Part shown: positions 11,507-24,589 of the stretch, one piece after another
How positions within the stretch are numbered: the stretch's first letter is position 1
How the letters are laid out: every line of letters begins with the position of its first letter
Origin: Stegostoma tigrinum
Lineage: Eukaryota
Direction: 5' to 3'
Length of the DNA: 64,000 nucleotides
NCBI RefSeq assembly: GCF_030684315.1
Contig: NC_081373.1
Location: 42,577,173-42,641,172 of the forward strand
Made by a program: the position numbers and the translations under genes
Notes under the pieces: model-generated
The model's input: the letters and a program-made list of their open reading frames with translations, nothing else
What the model was told of the DNA's origin: nothing
Database searches by the model: none

Positions 11507-14094
11507 CATCATTGTGCCTGATCAGCCCTAGGTGACCTTGAAAGAAACAAAGACTTAGGCAGTACTGGCTTGAGAAGCTGTAGAAAGCTTATTAACGATC
11601 TGTCATGCTAAATGTCAAAATTGTACCTGGATAAACTGCAAGCGTGACCTTCTCTATATTTGGCACCACAATGCTAAGGTTCTTCCATCTATTGGCTTGA
11701 TCTTGGGTAAGTAGAACGTGTTAAGGAGGACACATTGCACATTTAGAATTTGAAACTCTAGGTGGGTCATGCTTTGGTGTTTTCCTAAATATATTCATTT
11801 TTTTGTCTCCTGATAGTCTGATATTCAGTTGATGAAAAATTAATTTATATTTGCCTGGACTGCATAGATTACATGAATCTAGACAGACGAAGAAGATTAT
11901 GCACTTGTGGTGTGGTGCTTTCAGGAATTCTAGACCTTTCCATCTATCATTAGGGAGATGGCTGCCTGATAGATTAACATTTGAACAGCATCAAAGACCT
12001 TGACAGAATGAGCAAAACCCCAGAGAAACTTGGATACATGTTTGGCATGTTATCTGCCCTGACCAGTGAGTAGTAACATCAGTTATAAATGATGTGATAG
12101 CAAGAAAGTTCACAACTTGCTGGAATTCCCACAGTGACTGATATCTGCTGCCAGTGAATAAGTAAAACAAAATCAGAGCCCACTCTGGTAGAAAGCTGGA
12201 ACAGTAAATTAAAGCTGCACTGATGTTGACCTAAACAACATTTTTTTTAGTTTTTCTTGTGTTAATCTAATTTGCTCTTTTTGTATGCATCATGGTTGAC
12301 GCGATTATGGTAGCAACTGTTTGAATGAATTCTATATTCTTGTAACTGATTTGCAGGAACAAGTGTTTTATAAACTTATTTTCCTAGTATGTTACCAATC
12401 TGAGTATATGCCTCATTCTTACCGAGATATTAAAGAGTGAAAGTGATCAATTATTGAGCCAAAAAACTTTCAAAACCAAAAAACAAAAATTTAAGTTAGA
12501 TCTCTAACCATCGCTGCACAAAACACACAGTTCTAGCTATTAGAAACACACTATAAAATGAACACATAATAAACATTACCTGGTAACTATTTCTGATCAA
12601 TTGTGTTTTATTGTGATGAGAATAAACATATGAAATCTGATCAAAATCCACTAAAACTACAGCCCCAGTAATGGGCTACTTATAGTTGCTATGCTTTTAA
12701 AATGAATAATACTCCTGGCTTGTTGGTTATGGTTTACTGTTTACTTCTCCTGTGTTTAGTAACATTTTTCACAACTTAATGGATGCATCTAAAATCGGAC
12801 AGAACATCCTCTGTCAGCTCATATATCAAAACAAATCCATCCTGGAAGCCCTCTAGTGGTCAAACTAGTAACCCTAACTCATCCTAAATTACCAAATAAC
12901 CTTTCAAGAAACCTTCCCCGGACATTGTAACAGAGATAATGAGAAGGTCCAGGAGGTTCTAAGCTGTTTCCCCAACAAGTTTCCATGACACCATCATAGA
13001 AAATGGTGCTTAAGGCCATCCTCATAATCTTCATCCATCCACCAGCTGGGTCAGAATTAATGGGCCTCGGCATTGTTCCTCATCTGGGACTCCACCCCAC
13101 CCAAACACAAGCACAGGAGGTACCTTGGAGCCCTGTGCCCTGGTTAATGTGCCCTCTGTCCTGTGTCCCACTTAAAACACTTCAATATTAACTCTTTCAG
13201 TCTCTTATTTAACATGCACAGTGTTTTATTTAAAAAGATCGTCAAATATATTCAGACCAGTCAAGGTTCCTACTGGCTGCAGCTGTGAGGTATTTGGTGG
13301 ATTTTAAACTACTGTAACAAAATCAGAGGTGTTAGATCTCATATTTTCAATCAGAGTGCGAGTCATGGGTTGGATACAGGTGACCTTTATTGCAACTTAC
13401 ACTCCAGTTGCAGCACAAAAAAAAGGCAATAAGGTACGCACAAAGCTTCCGAATGTCTTAACTTACACAGTTTAAACTTAGAGTGGATGTGCCTCACTTT
13501 TGATTATTATGGCTCAGTGGAGCTCAGTTATCCCTTCGTAATTCACTCTCTGATGCAGCATGTTATACAATTCAAGCTTCCCTCCGCAAAATGGCAAAGA
13601 GATGGACAGGCTCGTGGTCCACCCCCAGTCCTTCATGATGTTTTCCAGACTGATATCTCTCTTGTTAATGCTTTTCACAATGGGTACTGTATTCAAGTAA
13701 AATTTGCCAGTTGTACCGTGTTAACTGCCAATTAATTAGCTACTTGCTTTTGACTTCAGGAACTTTTAAATTCCTCATTACAGGGAATACAAAAGAACAT
13801 TGAATTTTTGATCAGTTTCAACAAAGTTATGTGGTTACACTTAATGTTAGAATTCCTTAGCCAACAAGTTGTGTCTTAATGAGTTTATCCAATCCACATT
13901 CCAATGTCTGCTAACTGTTTTCATTCCCCCCGTAATGATCTCGGGGTGGGGGGATGCTTTTACTGTCTGAAACTGGTTTGAATCTTTTCTTTTAATGCTT
14001 TTAGTGATTTTTTGTTTATATGTGGATGTATAACTAATTCAAGTCTATAAGTATTGATTAAACAACTAATTAGTGTGAGATGTTCTTTCAAAGT

Positions 14095-14322
14095 CAAATG
14101 TCAAATGTTATTATCTATGTCTTACAAAGCTGCTTTGCTGAAACAACACTATTCAAATGTTAAATGTTATTATCCATGGCTTAAGCATCAACAGTTACAG
14201 AGCTGCTACTGTTTGAAAAATGCATTAATCAAATGTTAAATGTTATTATCTTTGTCTTGCAGACCTGCTATTGTTGATACTACATGATTCAAATATTAAA
14301 TGTCATTATCCATGGCTTATGC
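14095..14322. repeat. Degenerate tandem duplication (~135-bp period)
   Basis: aaatgttattatc...ttcaaatgttaaatgttattatccatggctta recurs near 14100 and 14237. Confidence 0.7.
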
Positions 14323-14329
14323 ACATTCT

Positions 14330-15255
14330 CAGAAGTCACACAACACCAGGTTATAAACCAACAGCTTCATTTGAAATTGGAGGATGCTTACTTGAATACT
14401 ACCGTCACATGTGGGAACACCACCAACCAAGTACACATATGTGACTTGGCCAATGTTGTCTACCTCATATGCTGCAGTCAAGAATGCCCAATGGATGGTA
14501 TATTGGTGAGATGCAGGCACAATCACCAGGCAGGAATGTTCCCTCCCAGTTGGGGAATGCTTCAGTGATCAAGGACATTCAGCTGCCGATCTTTGGGTAA
14601 TCATTCTTCAAGGAGGCCTTTAAGATACACACCAGCGCAGAGTCGCTGAGCACAGGCTGATAGCAAAGTTCCGCACCCAAAAGGACGGCCTCAACTGTGA
14701 TCTTGGGTTCAAGTCGTGCTACATGTGAACCCACCACACTGTTCAGTATCTGTAAAATCTTCCTTATTGTCCTGTTTTGACACCATCACCTTGATAAGTT
14801 GTTATGACCTCTCTACTTTAATTAGTTTATACAGCTTTGGATTAGTTGTACTTTGGTTAGACCCTTGGCCTGCGATTCTTATATCTATCATTTACTCCAG
14901 CCATTTGGTTGTCTCCTTATTTCTATTTCTTTTTGCAAATATCTCTCTGCCTCAATTAATTGATTATAAGTCATATTCTTCACTTGTTATTCAGCTGTTG
15001 ACATTTTACTCACATCATCTGACACTTTTGATCACCTGCAGAGACTTATTATTCAACTTGTTGACACTCCACTCACACAATTCATATAATCTTTTGATTT
15101 CTCTGCTATAAATACTGTGCTTGTCTACCTCTCTGCCTGATGAAGGGGCAGCGCTTTGAAAGCTTGTGATTTCAGATAAAACTGTTGTACTATAACCTGC
15201 TGTCATGTGACTTCTGACCCTTTCCACCCCAGTCCAACATCGGCATGTCCACATT
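14330..15255 (+). mobile_element. Penelope-like element 3' part (GIY-YIG remnant plus pLTR with hammerhead-like core)
   Basis: ICDLANVVYLICCSQEC resembles the start of the PLE GIY-YIG domain. CTGATGA at 15137 is followed by GAAAGCTT at 15158 and a pLTR-type end. Confidence 0.8.
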
Positions 15256-16479
15256 AGGCAAACTCATCAACGTTTAATGAGTTACTATCAACCCCGTTCT
15301 GCTGCATTTGCCATCGGATATTTTGTGTTGCTCACTTATGGGTATCCCTAACAAGAAGGCAGTGAGAACCTGCTGAAGGGCATTGTCCTGACTTCATAGA
15401 TTCTGTACAAACCCACTTCCTCACAAACAGAGTACAGCAGTATGTATCTCCCTTGAATTATTATAGGATTGGGAGAGAAAATAAAGGCGAGCTACTTGAA
15501 GAGGGAGGTGAAAAACAGAATGGACGGCTTTCAGAAGGAGTCTATATCTGACCAGGATGTTTAGGGATTATTCTCCCATTGGAACTTTAGCAAGGAACAG
15601 TATGTCGGATATTAATGCTTCAGCAGGGAGCTCCTCAACGAAATCTGCTACCTGCTGCAAGGAGCAACTCCAAGTTCAGAGCAGGGTATGGACAGCATTT
15701 TAGTGGCTGTAGAGGAAATCATGTTGAAGGGCTCCATCTAGAGTCAACAACATTTGCAGCATCTCTCAGTTTACAGCCTGTTGCAAAGGAGGGTCACTGA
15801 GGGTCTATATAGTGAGAAAGTTGAATACTTTACATTTTCCTGTTGGCAGATGGAAAGAGGGAATTTGGAGATTGGCAACATTTTGGAATATTGCTCATGG
15901 TTCTATCTAATATGATGAAGACAAAGCACTGACCTTCATTTCACTGAGAGCTATTTGTTTGTTTAGCCTTCTGAAATCCACTAGTTAGATGAAAAATAAA
16001 GCAATTGTTTTCTTGGATTATATCACTGTAGATCATACAGCCCAATGTAAGATTTTGGAATAATTTCATAGAATGTTTGGAGATAGGAAATGATATTAAA
16101 ATGAAAACTGAATAGCCACCAAGGATCTATAAAAGCAACAAATCAATGTGAAGAGTGTGCAATATCTGGCAATAAAGTAGAAATGGAGTGAATCAAATCA
16201 CTCCTATGGCTGGTTAAGAAAAATTCTATCATTGACATGCTGGATTTTGCATCATAACAAGGAGGTTAGTTGAAATAGTGCAACAGGACAATGATGAGAA
16301 AAGTACAATATTTATAAACCCAACTTACTAACAGCATTTTATGGTTTGAAATAATTTAAGCACTATCTTCTCTGTAAACATGTACATGAGCCATGATTTT
16401 ATGCGGGGGTCCATAAATGATCACAATTAACAGAAGGACATAAATCTTGAGGCAGCAGCCCAGATCCTATTTGGTCCTA

Positions 16480-17500
16480 GCAAGTCTGTGGGAAGAAAGA
16501 AAACTTAAGGTTTTGAGTATGGTGACTTTTCATTCGAACTGATAGCTGTGAGGAAAAGTGGTGTTTATGTTAAAGAAGAAGTTGAGACAGAAGGGGAGAA
16601 GAAGTAGAGTGGATAAATGGAGATATAGCCCAGAGGGAGAGAGCGATATTGAAAGCTAGGCAAACAAGGGGGTTTTTGATAGTGGATCAGGACAAAGCAG
16701 AAGCTGAAAAAATGATAGAGAGCTAGGATTAGGAGAGAATCAGCAATCTGTCCTGAAAGCAGACCATGCAATGCGATAATAGGCCAGAAAGTGGGTGAGG
16801 ATTGGTAACTGTGCTCAAAGAACCCATGTTATAACAGGTGTGAAGTGGGTACAAAAGATAGAAGGATGGAATCAGGCGCTAAATTTATTGAACTCAATAT
16901 TGAGTCCTTCAAGTTGCAGGGTCACCAGTGGAAAATGAGATGTTGATCTTTGGCTGAAAACAAAACATGCCGGAGATCACATCAGATCAGGAAGCAGCCA
17001 TGGAGAGAAAGCAAGCTAATGTTTTGAGTCTAGATAACTCTTCATCAACTTGCACTGAAGCTCACTGGAACACTGCATCAGGCCTGCGACTGAAATGTTG
17101 CCATGGGAATACAGTGGTGTGTTGGAGTGACAGACAACTGGACACTCAGGGTTATTTTTACAGACAGAGCGTAGGTGTTCTGCAAAGCGGTCACCTAATT
17201 GGTGTTTGATCTGCCCAGTGTAGAGGAGGCCATGTAGTGAGCAGCGAAACAGTACACTTCGTTGAGTGAAGTGCAGGTAAATTGTTGCTTCACTGTGACA
17301 GTGAGTCTGGGTCTTGGATAGCGAGGAGTGAGGAGGTAAACAGGCAGCTGTAACACCTTCTGCGATTGCATGGAAAGGTTCTGTAGGGCTGTGGGGAGGG
17401 GTGGATTGAAGGAGGAGTGAACCAGGGTGTCCTGGAGGGAACGTCACTGGGGAATGCTGACAAAGGAGGGGAGGGGAATCTGTATCTGGAGTTGTGGCAC
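16480..17500 (-). mobile_element. Penelope-like element fragment (GIY-YIG endonuclease)
   Basis: ORFs 17290-17634 (TFPCNRRRCYSC) and 17016-17447 (CSLHGLLYTGQIKHQLGDRFAEHLRSVC...PVVCH) match PLE linker and GIY-YIG motifs. Confidence 0.85.
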
Positions 17501-18274
17501 CCCACTAGAGGTGATGGATGCTTACACCTGCTAAAGATTTTTATGACTTTATACCATTCATACAACAGCCCAAGAGTAACTATTACCTCCTTGAATCCCC
17601 CTACATAGGAACAATAGCAAGAGCAAAAGGACAAGTCTAGGTCTTCTATCGATTGACTAAATTTCTGTACATGAAGCTAGAAAATGTAGTATGAAAAATG
17701 CTGGAAACTGTTGGCCATGTCATTGTATCACATAATGTATTTGAAATAGTAAAGTGATGACATTTTATTTGTGATTTTATTAACTTTGAAAGAAGTTTTA
17801 CCTATAAATAGAGAGAAGTTCAGTAGGGGTCATATAATTACCTATGTTTTACTGGGAATCGCTAAGTAAATGTGAAAGAGTATGAAAAAGACTTTTCATT
17901 AGTCAGAGATAATAATCTCTAATCAATATGATCAGTAGGTTACTCCCTAGTTGTTGATGTAATTTATGATTATTTCAGGCTTTACTTCCTCATTGGACAT
18001 TAATACTAAAGTAATATCCTAACAGCTGACACATTAAATGTTATCCAATAAAAAACACATTGAGGAGGAGCTGATAACATTTTATGAGTCCCTGTAGGGA
18101 TGGCCTTTGATAAATATTCTGTGTCGGTAGCTATCAGTTGAAAATATTTAGAGTCCAATGAAGGATATGTTGAACGAGCAGCACTTCTGAATTTAACTCA
18201 AGCCCAACCTGAGGAACTTTGACAGTTTTATTTCAGACATAACCCTGTGCACTGTACTGGTGAGCAGGCCAAAG

Positions 18275-18814
18275 ATGGAACCCAATTTCTATACTGCACT
18301 CCAAGGCTATGAGACAAACAGAACCTTTTTCACCTATTTTTCTGAATTCAGGTCCTCCGAGCAAATTCTTATAGTTACCATTGAGACAATTGTGCTGGTG
18401 TTGGTTTTTCTGATCTCCTTGCTGACCAATGTCTGCATGATGGCACTTATCATAAAGGGCAAGAAACTCATCAATTTCCAGTGTCTGGTGCTGAATCTCT
18501 TTCTGGCTGACATTGTGTTTGTGGCTGTTATCCCAATCATCATTGTCGTTCGCTGGACTGAATCATGGACACTTGGAGCTTACACATGTCGCACCCTTTT
18601 GTATGTCATGGCCACAAGTGGTGAGGTGACCATCATCACTGTAGCTGCCATTAGCATCGAGCGATCCACCTCCATCCTCAACCTACGCTTGAAAGCTCCC
18701 CTGCATTGTAAATTGGTGACAGCAGTTGTGCTGCTAGTCTGGCTGTTTTCTGCCATCACATCTCTACCTCTCTGTATATATTTTCAAGTGAAGACCATCC
18801 AGGTTAAAAACCAG
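18275..18814 (+). CDS. FFAR4: Free fatty acid receptor 4 (GPR120), coding exon 1
   Basis: ATG at 18275. NRTFFTYFSE N-terminal motif, TM2 LNLFLAD, VRWTESW with the conserved Arg, TM3 SIER. 540 nt, phase-0 donor CAG|GTAAGA. Confidence 0.95.
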
Positions 18815-19519
18815 GTAAGACCAATCTAATGGATCTCACCATCATAAAGCAGAATTTAACAGTGGGTTTATGTTGTATTGAGTTCCGTTTAGTTTTCAGT
18901 ACATTTTTGTCTCAACAGTGCAACATACCGGGGTAGCAAATGGATTAACCTTTAATCTGACAGGCCACTTTGAAAGCTTTTATTTCCTAAAGCAAAAACC
19001 TAATGTTGATGCAGCCTCTGTGCAATGATTAGGGTTGATTTTCTACATTAAATGATCCTAATGTATAAATGGTTTAACTCCCAAATCTAAACAGTTGAAA
19101 GAATTAATTTTGCCATTTTTTGCTCACTGTTATCAGTACCTGTTAACAATTGGAGCAGAAATGCTTGACTAACTTTGTACAAAACTGTGTCAGTAGCACT
19201 GATCTAACCTGTGACTGTTACCTGGATGACTGTAATTTAAACAAATTCACATTTTTGTTGCATTTGATCAATGGGCATGACTAAGGTATTTTGCATGCTT
19301 GTAGTCCCCATTTACCAGGCAGTTATTTCTATAGTGTGGGTGTGCATTGGGATTCTGACATAACCATCTCTGAGGGAACTGATCTGGAAATTGAAGATTG
19401 CGATAGGCACTTCTCCACCAAAAGTATCCATTTAAATTGAAGAATTTGGGCGGTCCTGCTGCAGTTAGGTAAATAGTAATTCAAGATAAGTTAGACAATT
19501 GAAAATTTAATCTAACTCC

Positions 19520-20040
19520 TTGATAACTGTTCAACTGATGACAACTTACCCCACACACCCTCAACTATACTTCTCCCAGACCTTTTACATCCCAGGCCAA
19601 CATCCAAACACCTTGCATCTAGCCCCAACAACCCCCTCTCCCCAGGGACCTGACAATCCCCCCTTTCCACCCAAGGCACAAAACCCTTACTGGGACACAA
19701 AACAGCCCGAACCCCAAGAATCTAACCCACCCTATCTGGTTGAGACTTGAAGCCTCCCATCACCTTGCCCCAGGACCTCACAACCCCTTTGCCGGGGATC
19801 CAGCTTTCACACCCCACCCCTTACACCAGAACTCACACCCTCAGTCCCGCTCCTCCAGAACTTGTCCTCGCTCCCCATGCCCCAGAACTCACGTGTTCAC
19901 TCTCCCCGTGCCAGAACTCACACCCTCAACTTCCTGCCCCAGAAACTCACACCCTCACCACATTCCCTCTGCCAGAACCAACAACCCCCTTGCCACCAAT
20001 TCCGACACCACCCCTGTGCCCCCAGGACTCGACAGCAACA
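19520..20040. repeat. C-rich low-complexity tract with degenerate ~28-bp repeat (cagaactcacaccctc)
   Basis: About six cagaac-started units between 19827 and 19990; strong C skew. Confidence 0.75.
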
Positions 20041-20247
20041 CATCTGCTTTGTAATGAGACAGTAATACAACAATGAGCAATCATGTCGACCCCTTCATCA
20101 CATCAGAATGGTAATAGGCCATTCAGCCCCTCCAGCCTGTTCCAGCATTTAATGAGATCATGGCTGATCAATGGCCTAATTCCACGTACCTGCCTTTGGC
20201 CCATATCCTTGACTACATTTGCTGAACAGAACATGCTGCACAGAATA

Positions 20248-20441
20248 ACAAAGTGTGGAGCTAGATGAACACAGCAGGCCAAGCAACATCTTAGGAGCAC
20301 AAAAGCTGACGTTTCGGGTCTAGCCCCTTCATCAGAAAACAGTTTTTGTGCTTCTAAGATGCTGCTTGGACTGCTGTGTTCATCTAGCTCCACACTTTGT
20401 TATCTTGGATTCGCCAGCATCTACAGTTCTCATTATCTCTG
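20248..20441 (-). mobile_element. Fold-back Penelope-derived insert with hammerhead core
   Basis: Inverted arms. Minus strand CTGATGAAGGGGCTAGACCCGAAACGTC at 20335-20308. Flanking repeat ATGCT(G/T)CACAGAATA at 20233-20247 and 20442-20456. Confidence 0.85.
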
Positions 20442-20585
20442 ATGCTTCACAGAATAGTAAGAGTTGAGCACTGGTTTGATGCTTAAAAATTGCATTGCTT
20501 CAGACCCTCCAACATAACTTCGTTCACAAGTCATTGAAAAGCGGTGGAACTTGGAGTGGCAACACAGGGAGTTATTCACTGCTGC

Positions 20586-20587
<2 letters not shown>

Positions 20588-20630
<43 letters not shown>
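20588..20630. repeat. (GATT)n microsatellite, probably the tail of the adjacent LINE
   Basis: Ten GATT units directly abutting the element at 20631. Confidence 0.95.
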
Positions 20631-21025
20631 TTATTGTCACGTGTAGTGAAAAGCTTTGTTTATGAGCGGTACAGGTAGATCACAGCAAACAAAGGATGTG
20701 CAGATCAAAAAGACTTAGGGGCATACAGGCTACATTACAAGTTACATTATTTGAGGCTACAGTCCATTCAACAGTCTAATAACAACCAGAAAGAAGCTGT
20801 TCCTGAACCTGCTCTTGCGTGTGTTCGGGCTTCTGTATCTTCTGCCTGAAGGAAGAGGTTGTAGGGGGTTTAATGGGTCTCTCATGATATTGGCCACCTT
20901 TCTGTGGCAGCGAGCCATGTAAATACTATCTATGGATCAAAGGTTGGCTTCCGTGATGGTTGAGCTGTGCATGCCACCTTCTGTAGTTTCTTACAGTCCT
21001 GGGCAGAACAGTTGCTATACCGTAT
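20631..21025 (-). mobile_element. Rex1/Babar-like LINE 3' fragment
   Basis: aagaagctgttcctgaacctg...ctgtatcttctgcctga is the reverse complement of a typical Rex1-type ORF end (PSGRRYRS...RFRNSFF); microsatellite tail. Confidence 0.65.
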
Positions 21026-21436
21026 TGTTGAGTTGATAGTGTTTTCAATCTTGGCAGGAGAATTGCAGCGAACGTAAAGCTTTGTTTTCAAACTTTAAAA
21101 TAGAGTATAGCAAGATGCCAGGTGGCTGGCTTGACTGTAATCATATGTTAAATGTTAAAACTTTGACAGGACTGTTAGCCCTCCAGGAATGTTAAAAAAA
21201 GTCACAGGCATTTGGAGGTTGATGGGTTGAGCTTTAAGCCTGTGTTTAAAAACACACTGACCTCTACTCTGCCAAAATACAGATAGTCGTTTAGCTTGAC
21301 TGTATATAACTTATTGCTAGCACTGCTATTACCGAGTTACAAAACAGTACACACAACCCAAAAGGGGTTATTGATAATGGGGGTCTGATACACATCAGCC
21401 TATCTCAATAACTATCAAGTAATTGTTCTGTATTTA

Positions 21437-22395
21437 TAGAGCCATAGAGTCATACAGCACAGAAACAGACCCTTTGGTCCAACTTGTCCATGTCGAACAA
21501 GTTTCCCAAAGCAAACTAGTCCCACGTGTTTGGCCCATATCCCTCTAAACCATTCCTATTCATATACCTATCCAAATATCTTTTAAATGTTGTAATTGTA
21601 CCTACATCTACCACTTCCTCTCGCAACTCATACTATATACACACCACTCTCAGCGTGAAAAAGTCACCCCTCAGGTCCCTGTCTCCTCTCACCTTAAAAA
21701 TACGTCCCCTAGTTTTAAAATTCTCAACCCTAGGGAAAAGACTTTTGCTATTTGCTTTACCTATGCCCTTCATGATTTAATAAACCTCGATAAGGTCACC
21801 CCTCCAATGTTCTACACTCCAGCGACCAAAATCCCAGCCTGTCTAGCGTCTCCTTATAACTCAAACCCTCCAGAACTGGCAACATTCTTGTAAATCTTTT
21901 CTGAACCCTCCCCAATTTAATAACATTCTTTTTAGAGTAGGGTGACCAGAACTGTATAATACTCCAAAAGTGGCCTCACCAACGTTCCATACATTCGCAA
22001 CATGACACCCCAACTCCTATATTCAATGGCCTGAGCACTGAATTCAAGTATGCTAAATGCTTTCTTAACCACTCTGTCTACCTATCCCAAACTGCAACGA
22101 GCTATGTATCCAAACTCCTGGGTCTCTACATTTGACAACACTGCCCAGGGCCCTACATTAACTGCATAAGTTCTGCCCTTGTTCACTTTATCAAAATGCA
22201 ATACCACACATTTATCCAAAATAAATTCCATCTGCCACTCCTCAGCGCATTGATCCAACTGATCAAAATCCCTTTGTAAGATAACCTTCTTCAATGTCGA
22301 CTATACCTCCAATTTTTGTGTCATCTGCAATTTACTAACCATGCCTCCTAAGTTCTTATGCAAATCATTATATAAATGGCAAACTACAGTGGGCC
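21437..22395 (-). mobile_element. CR1 LINE 3' part
   Basis: ORF 22082-22294 (EEWQMEFILDKCVVLHF); (ctctatg) tail at the low end. Confidence 0.9.
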
Positions 22396-23271
22396 CTTTA
22401 ACACAAAAGAATTCTTGAATTTCTGTTTCATTGCGCTTTAAGCAGAATAGCTAAGCAATTGAAAATTTTGCATCTAATGTTTTCATATCGCACATTTGCT
22501 TAAAGTTTTACACTTAAAAGTCTTAACTTCCAAAATGTTTGAAGAATAAAAATTGGCCAAATAATCAGTAGCTATGTTTACCACCACAAATCTTTTATCG
22601 GTTGAGTGCGAAGGGATGAAAAGATCAGTTCCATTTATTGGATAAATAAGAAAAACCAACAGCCAGCAATACAAAACAAAGCAAAACATTGTTTCATTTT
22701 CAAATGTTACAAGTGTTAAGTATCATAAGAGCAAGTGATTAGATTGCTCAAACACTTTTCTTGGCAATCCTGAAATGGCTGTGTTGTGTCCCATTGTTTG
22801 AGGTTTCTCATTTTGTTGATAAGGGCTGAAACTTTGTGGTGGTGACACAGGGAGTTACTCATTGCAGCTTGCTAATAAATTCACTCTGTACTCAGTTAGT
22901 AAATCTAATTAAGATACTGGTTATTGAAAAAATCTTTCATTGCTCGAGTTTCAGACAAGAACTGCAAATCCAAGCAAAAAGGAGGAAAAATAGTCATGCA
23001 AATAATTGAGAAAAAAGTTTATGTTGAGTGAGGAGGAATTAATAAGGAATTGAAAAAGGTATTCATTTTTAAGCAATTTTTTACAATATAATTTGTGAAG
23101 GAAGACCAAAACGTGGTTTACTTTTAAGTATATTTTATGAAATATTAGGTAAATAGTACTTCAGGTAATCAGTATCCCCACTTCTGAACTGGAAATTGTA
23201 AGTTGAAATCCCATTTGATGGTCAGCAATTATGCATTAATAAGGCACCAAAAGGGTTGAGCATTTAAAAGG

Positions 23272-23543
23272 ATGGCATAATGTCTTGGTGGTTAGCACTG
23301 TTGTCTCACAGCACCAGGGACCAGGGTTTGATTCTGGCCTTGGTCAACTGTCTGTGTGGAGTTTGCATATTCTCCCTGTGTCTGCGTGGGGTTTTCTCCC
23401 ACAGTCCAAAAAATGTGCAGGTTAGGTGGATTGGCTATGCTAAATTGGCCATAGTGTCTAGGGTGGGAAATGCAGAGATAGAGAAGGGGGTCAGTGTGGA
23501 CTTGATGAGCTGAATGGCCTGCTTCCACACTGTAGGGATTCTC
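23272..23543 (+). mobile_element. tRNA-derived SINE (HE1/V-SINE-like)
   Basis: gtggttagcactg...gggtttgattc head, gtgtggagtttgcatattctcc core, ttccacactgtagggattct tail. Confidence 0.85.
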
Positions 23544-24019
23544 TGGGCAGCTGCTAAATCCTTCCAATATATATCAATGACAGTTGGTAAGAGCAGGAGG
23601 GTTTCCTGGTTAACAATGTGATGGAAAGGATTTTAGAGACTCAACCATTGGCTATAACATGTGTGCACAAGTGTATGTTGCCACAATGTTTTAAGTTGCT
23701 TGAGTGGTTCATTAGGCTGGACATCTAGTGGGGATAAAATTGGTGCCAACATCACAGGGACCAAGCCCTATTCTTTTGGGACTTGGCTTACCAATGTTGG
23801 GTCAGACTTGCCTTCAAGTGGAGATCCAAAGATGGAATGTTACATATAATACTCTTATATTGGTCACATTTTATATTTTATAAGTTGCATAATGCCTCAT
23901 TAGATTGACTTCGTTAGAGCAAGAGTTTGTTTTGAATCATTCTCCAGTTTAAGGTTCATCATTCCATTAGTGAAATCAACCCAAGTTTCAAGTAGTGTAT
24001 TGTTTTTGGTGTTAAACAG

Positions 24020-24148
24020 GATTATCAGATTTGCACCCTGGTGTGGCCCAATACAGTGCACGAGATCAGCTGGGATGTGACATATGGCCTGTTGATCTTC
24101 ATCATTCCAGGTTTAATCATTGTCATCAGCTACACAAAGATATTAAAG
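24020..24148 (+). CDS. FFAR4: FFAR4 coding exon 2
   Basis: aaacAG|GAT acceptor. DYQICTLVWPNTVHEISWDVTYGLLIFIIPGLIIVISYTKILK (ECL2 Cys plus TM5). 129 nt, phase 0, donor AAG|GTAACT. Confidence 0.95.
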
Positions 24149-24589
24149 GTAACTGCTATTCACTTAACTGACCTAATTTTATCTTTTCATGTGTTTAGAT
24201 ATCTAAGATTTCTGTCAAAACACTGGTTTGTTTTAATGACTGTCAGTTCTAGCGCGTTTTCATGAGCACAGAAGAAATATAATGACACCACTTCTTAGAA
24301 TTCAGTGGTGCACCAGGAAAGTTATATGAGGTTATAAAGTCGCTGCAGCCCCTCCACACTGTCCCTGCAGTAATTGCCAACAGACCCAAGAAATTGCTGA
24401 GCTTTCTGCACACCCACCTTCCGCACATTCCCCAACCCCCAACCCCCACAATGATGTGTTTGTATTTACATTGCAAATGCAACAAATCAGTCAAAGAAGA
24501 AAAATGATGGAGTGTCAAAGTTAATGGCCTATTCACTTTAAATCAGAATTATTCAGAACAAATGAATGAATGAATTAATTAATGACACA

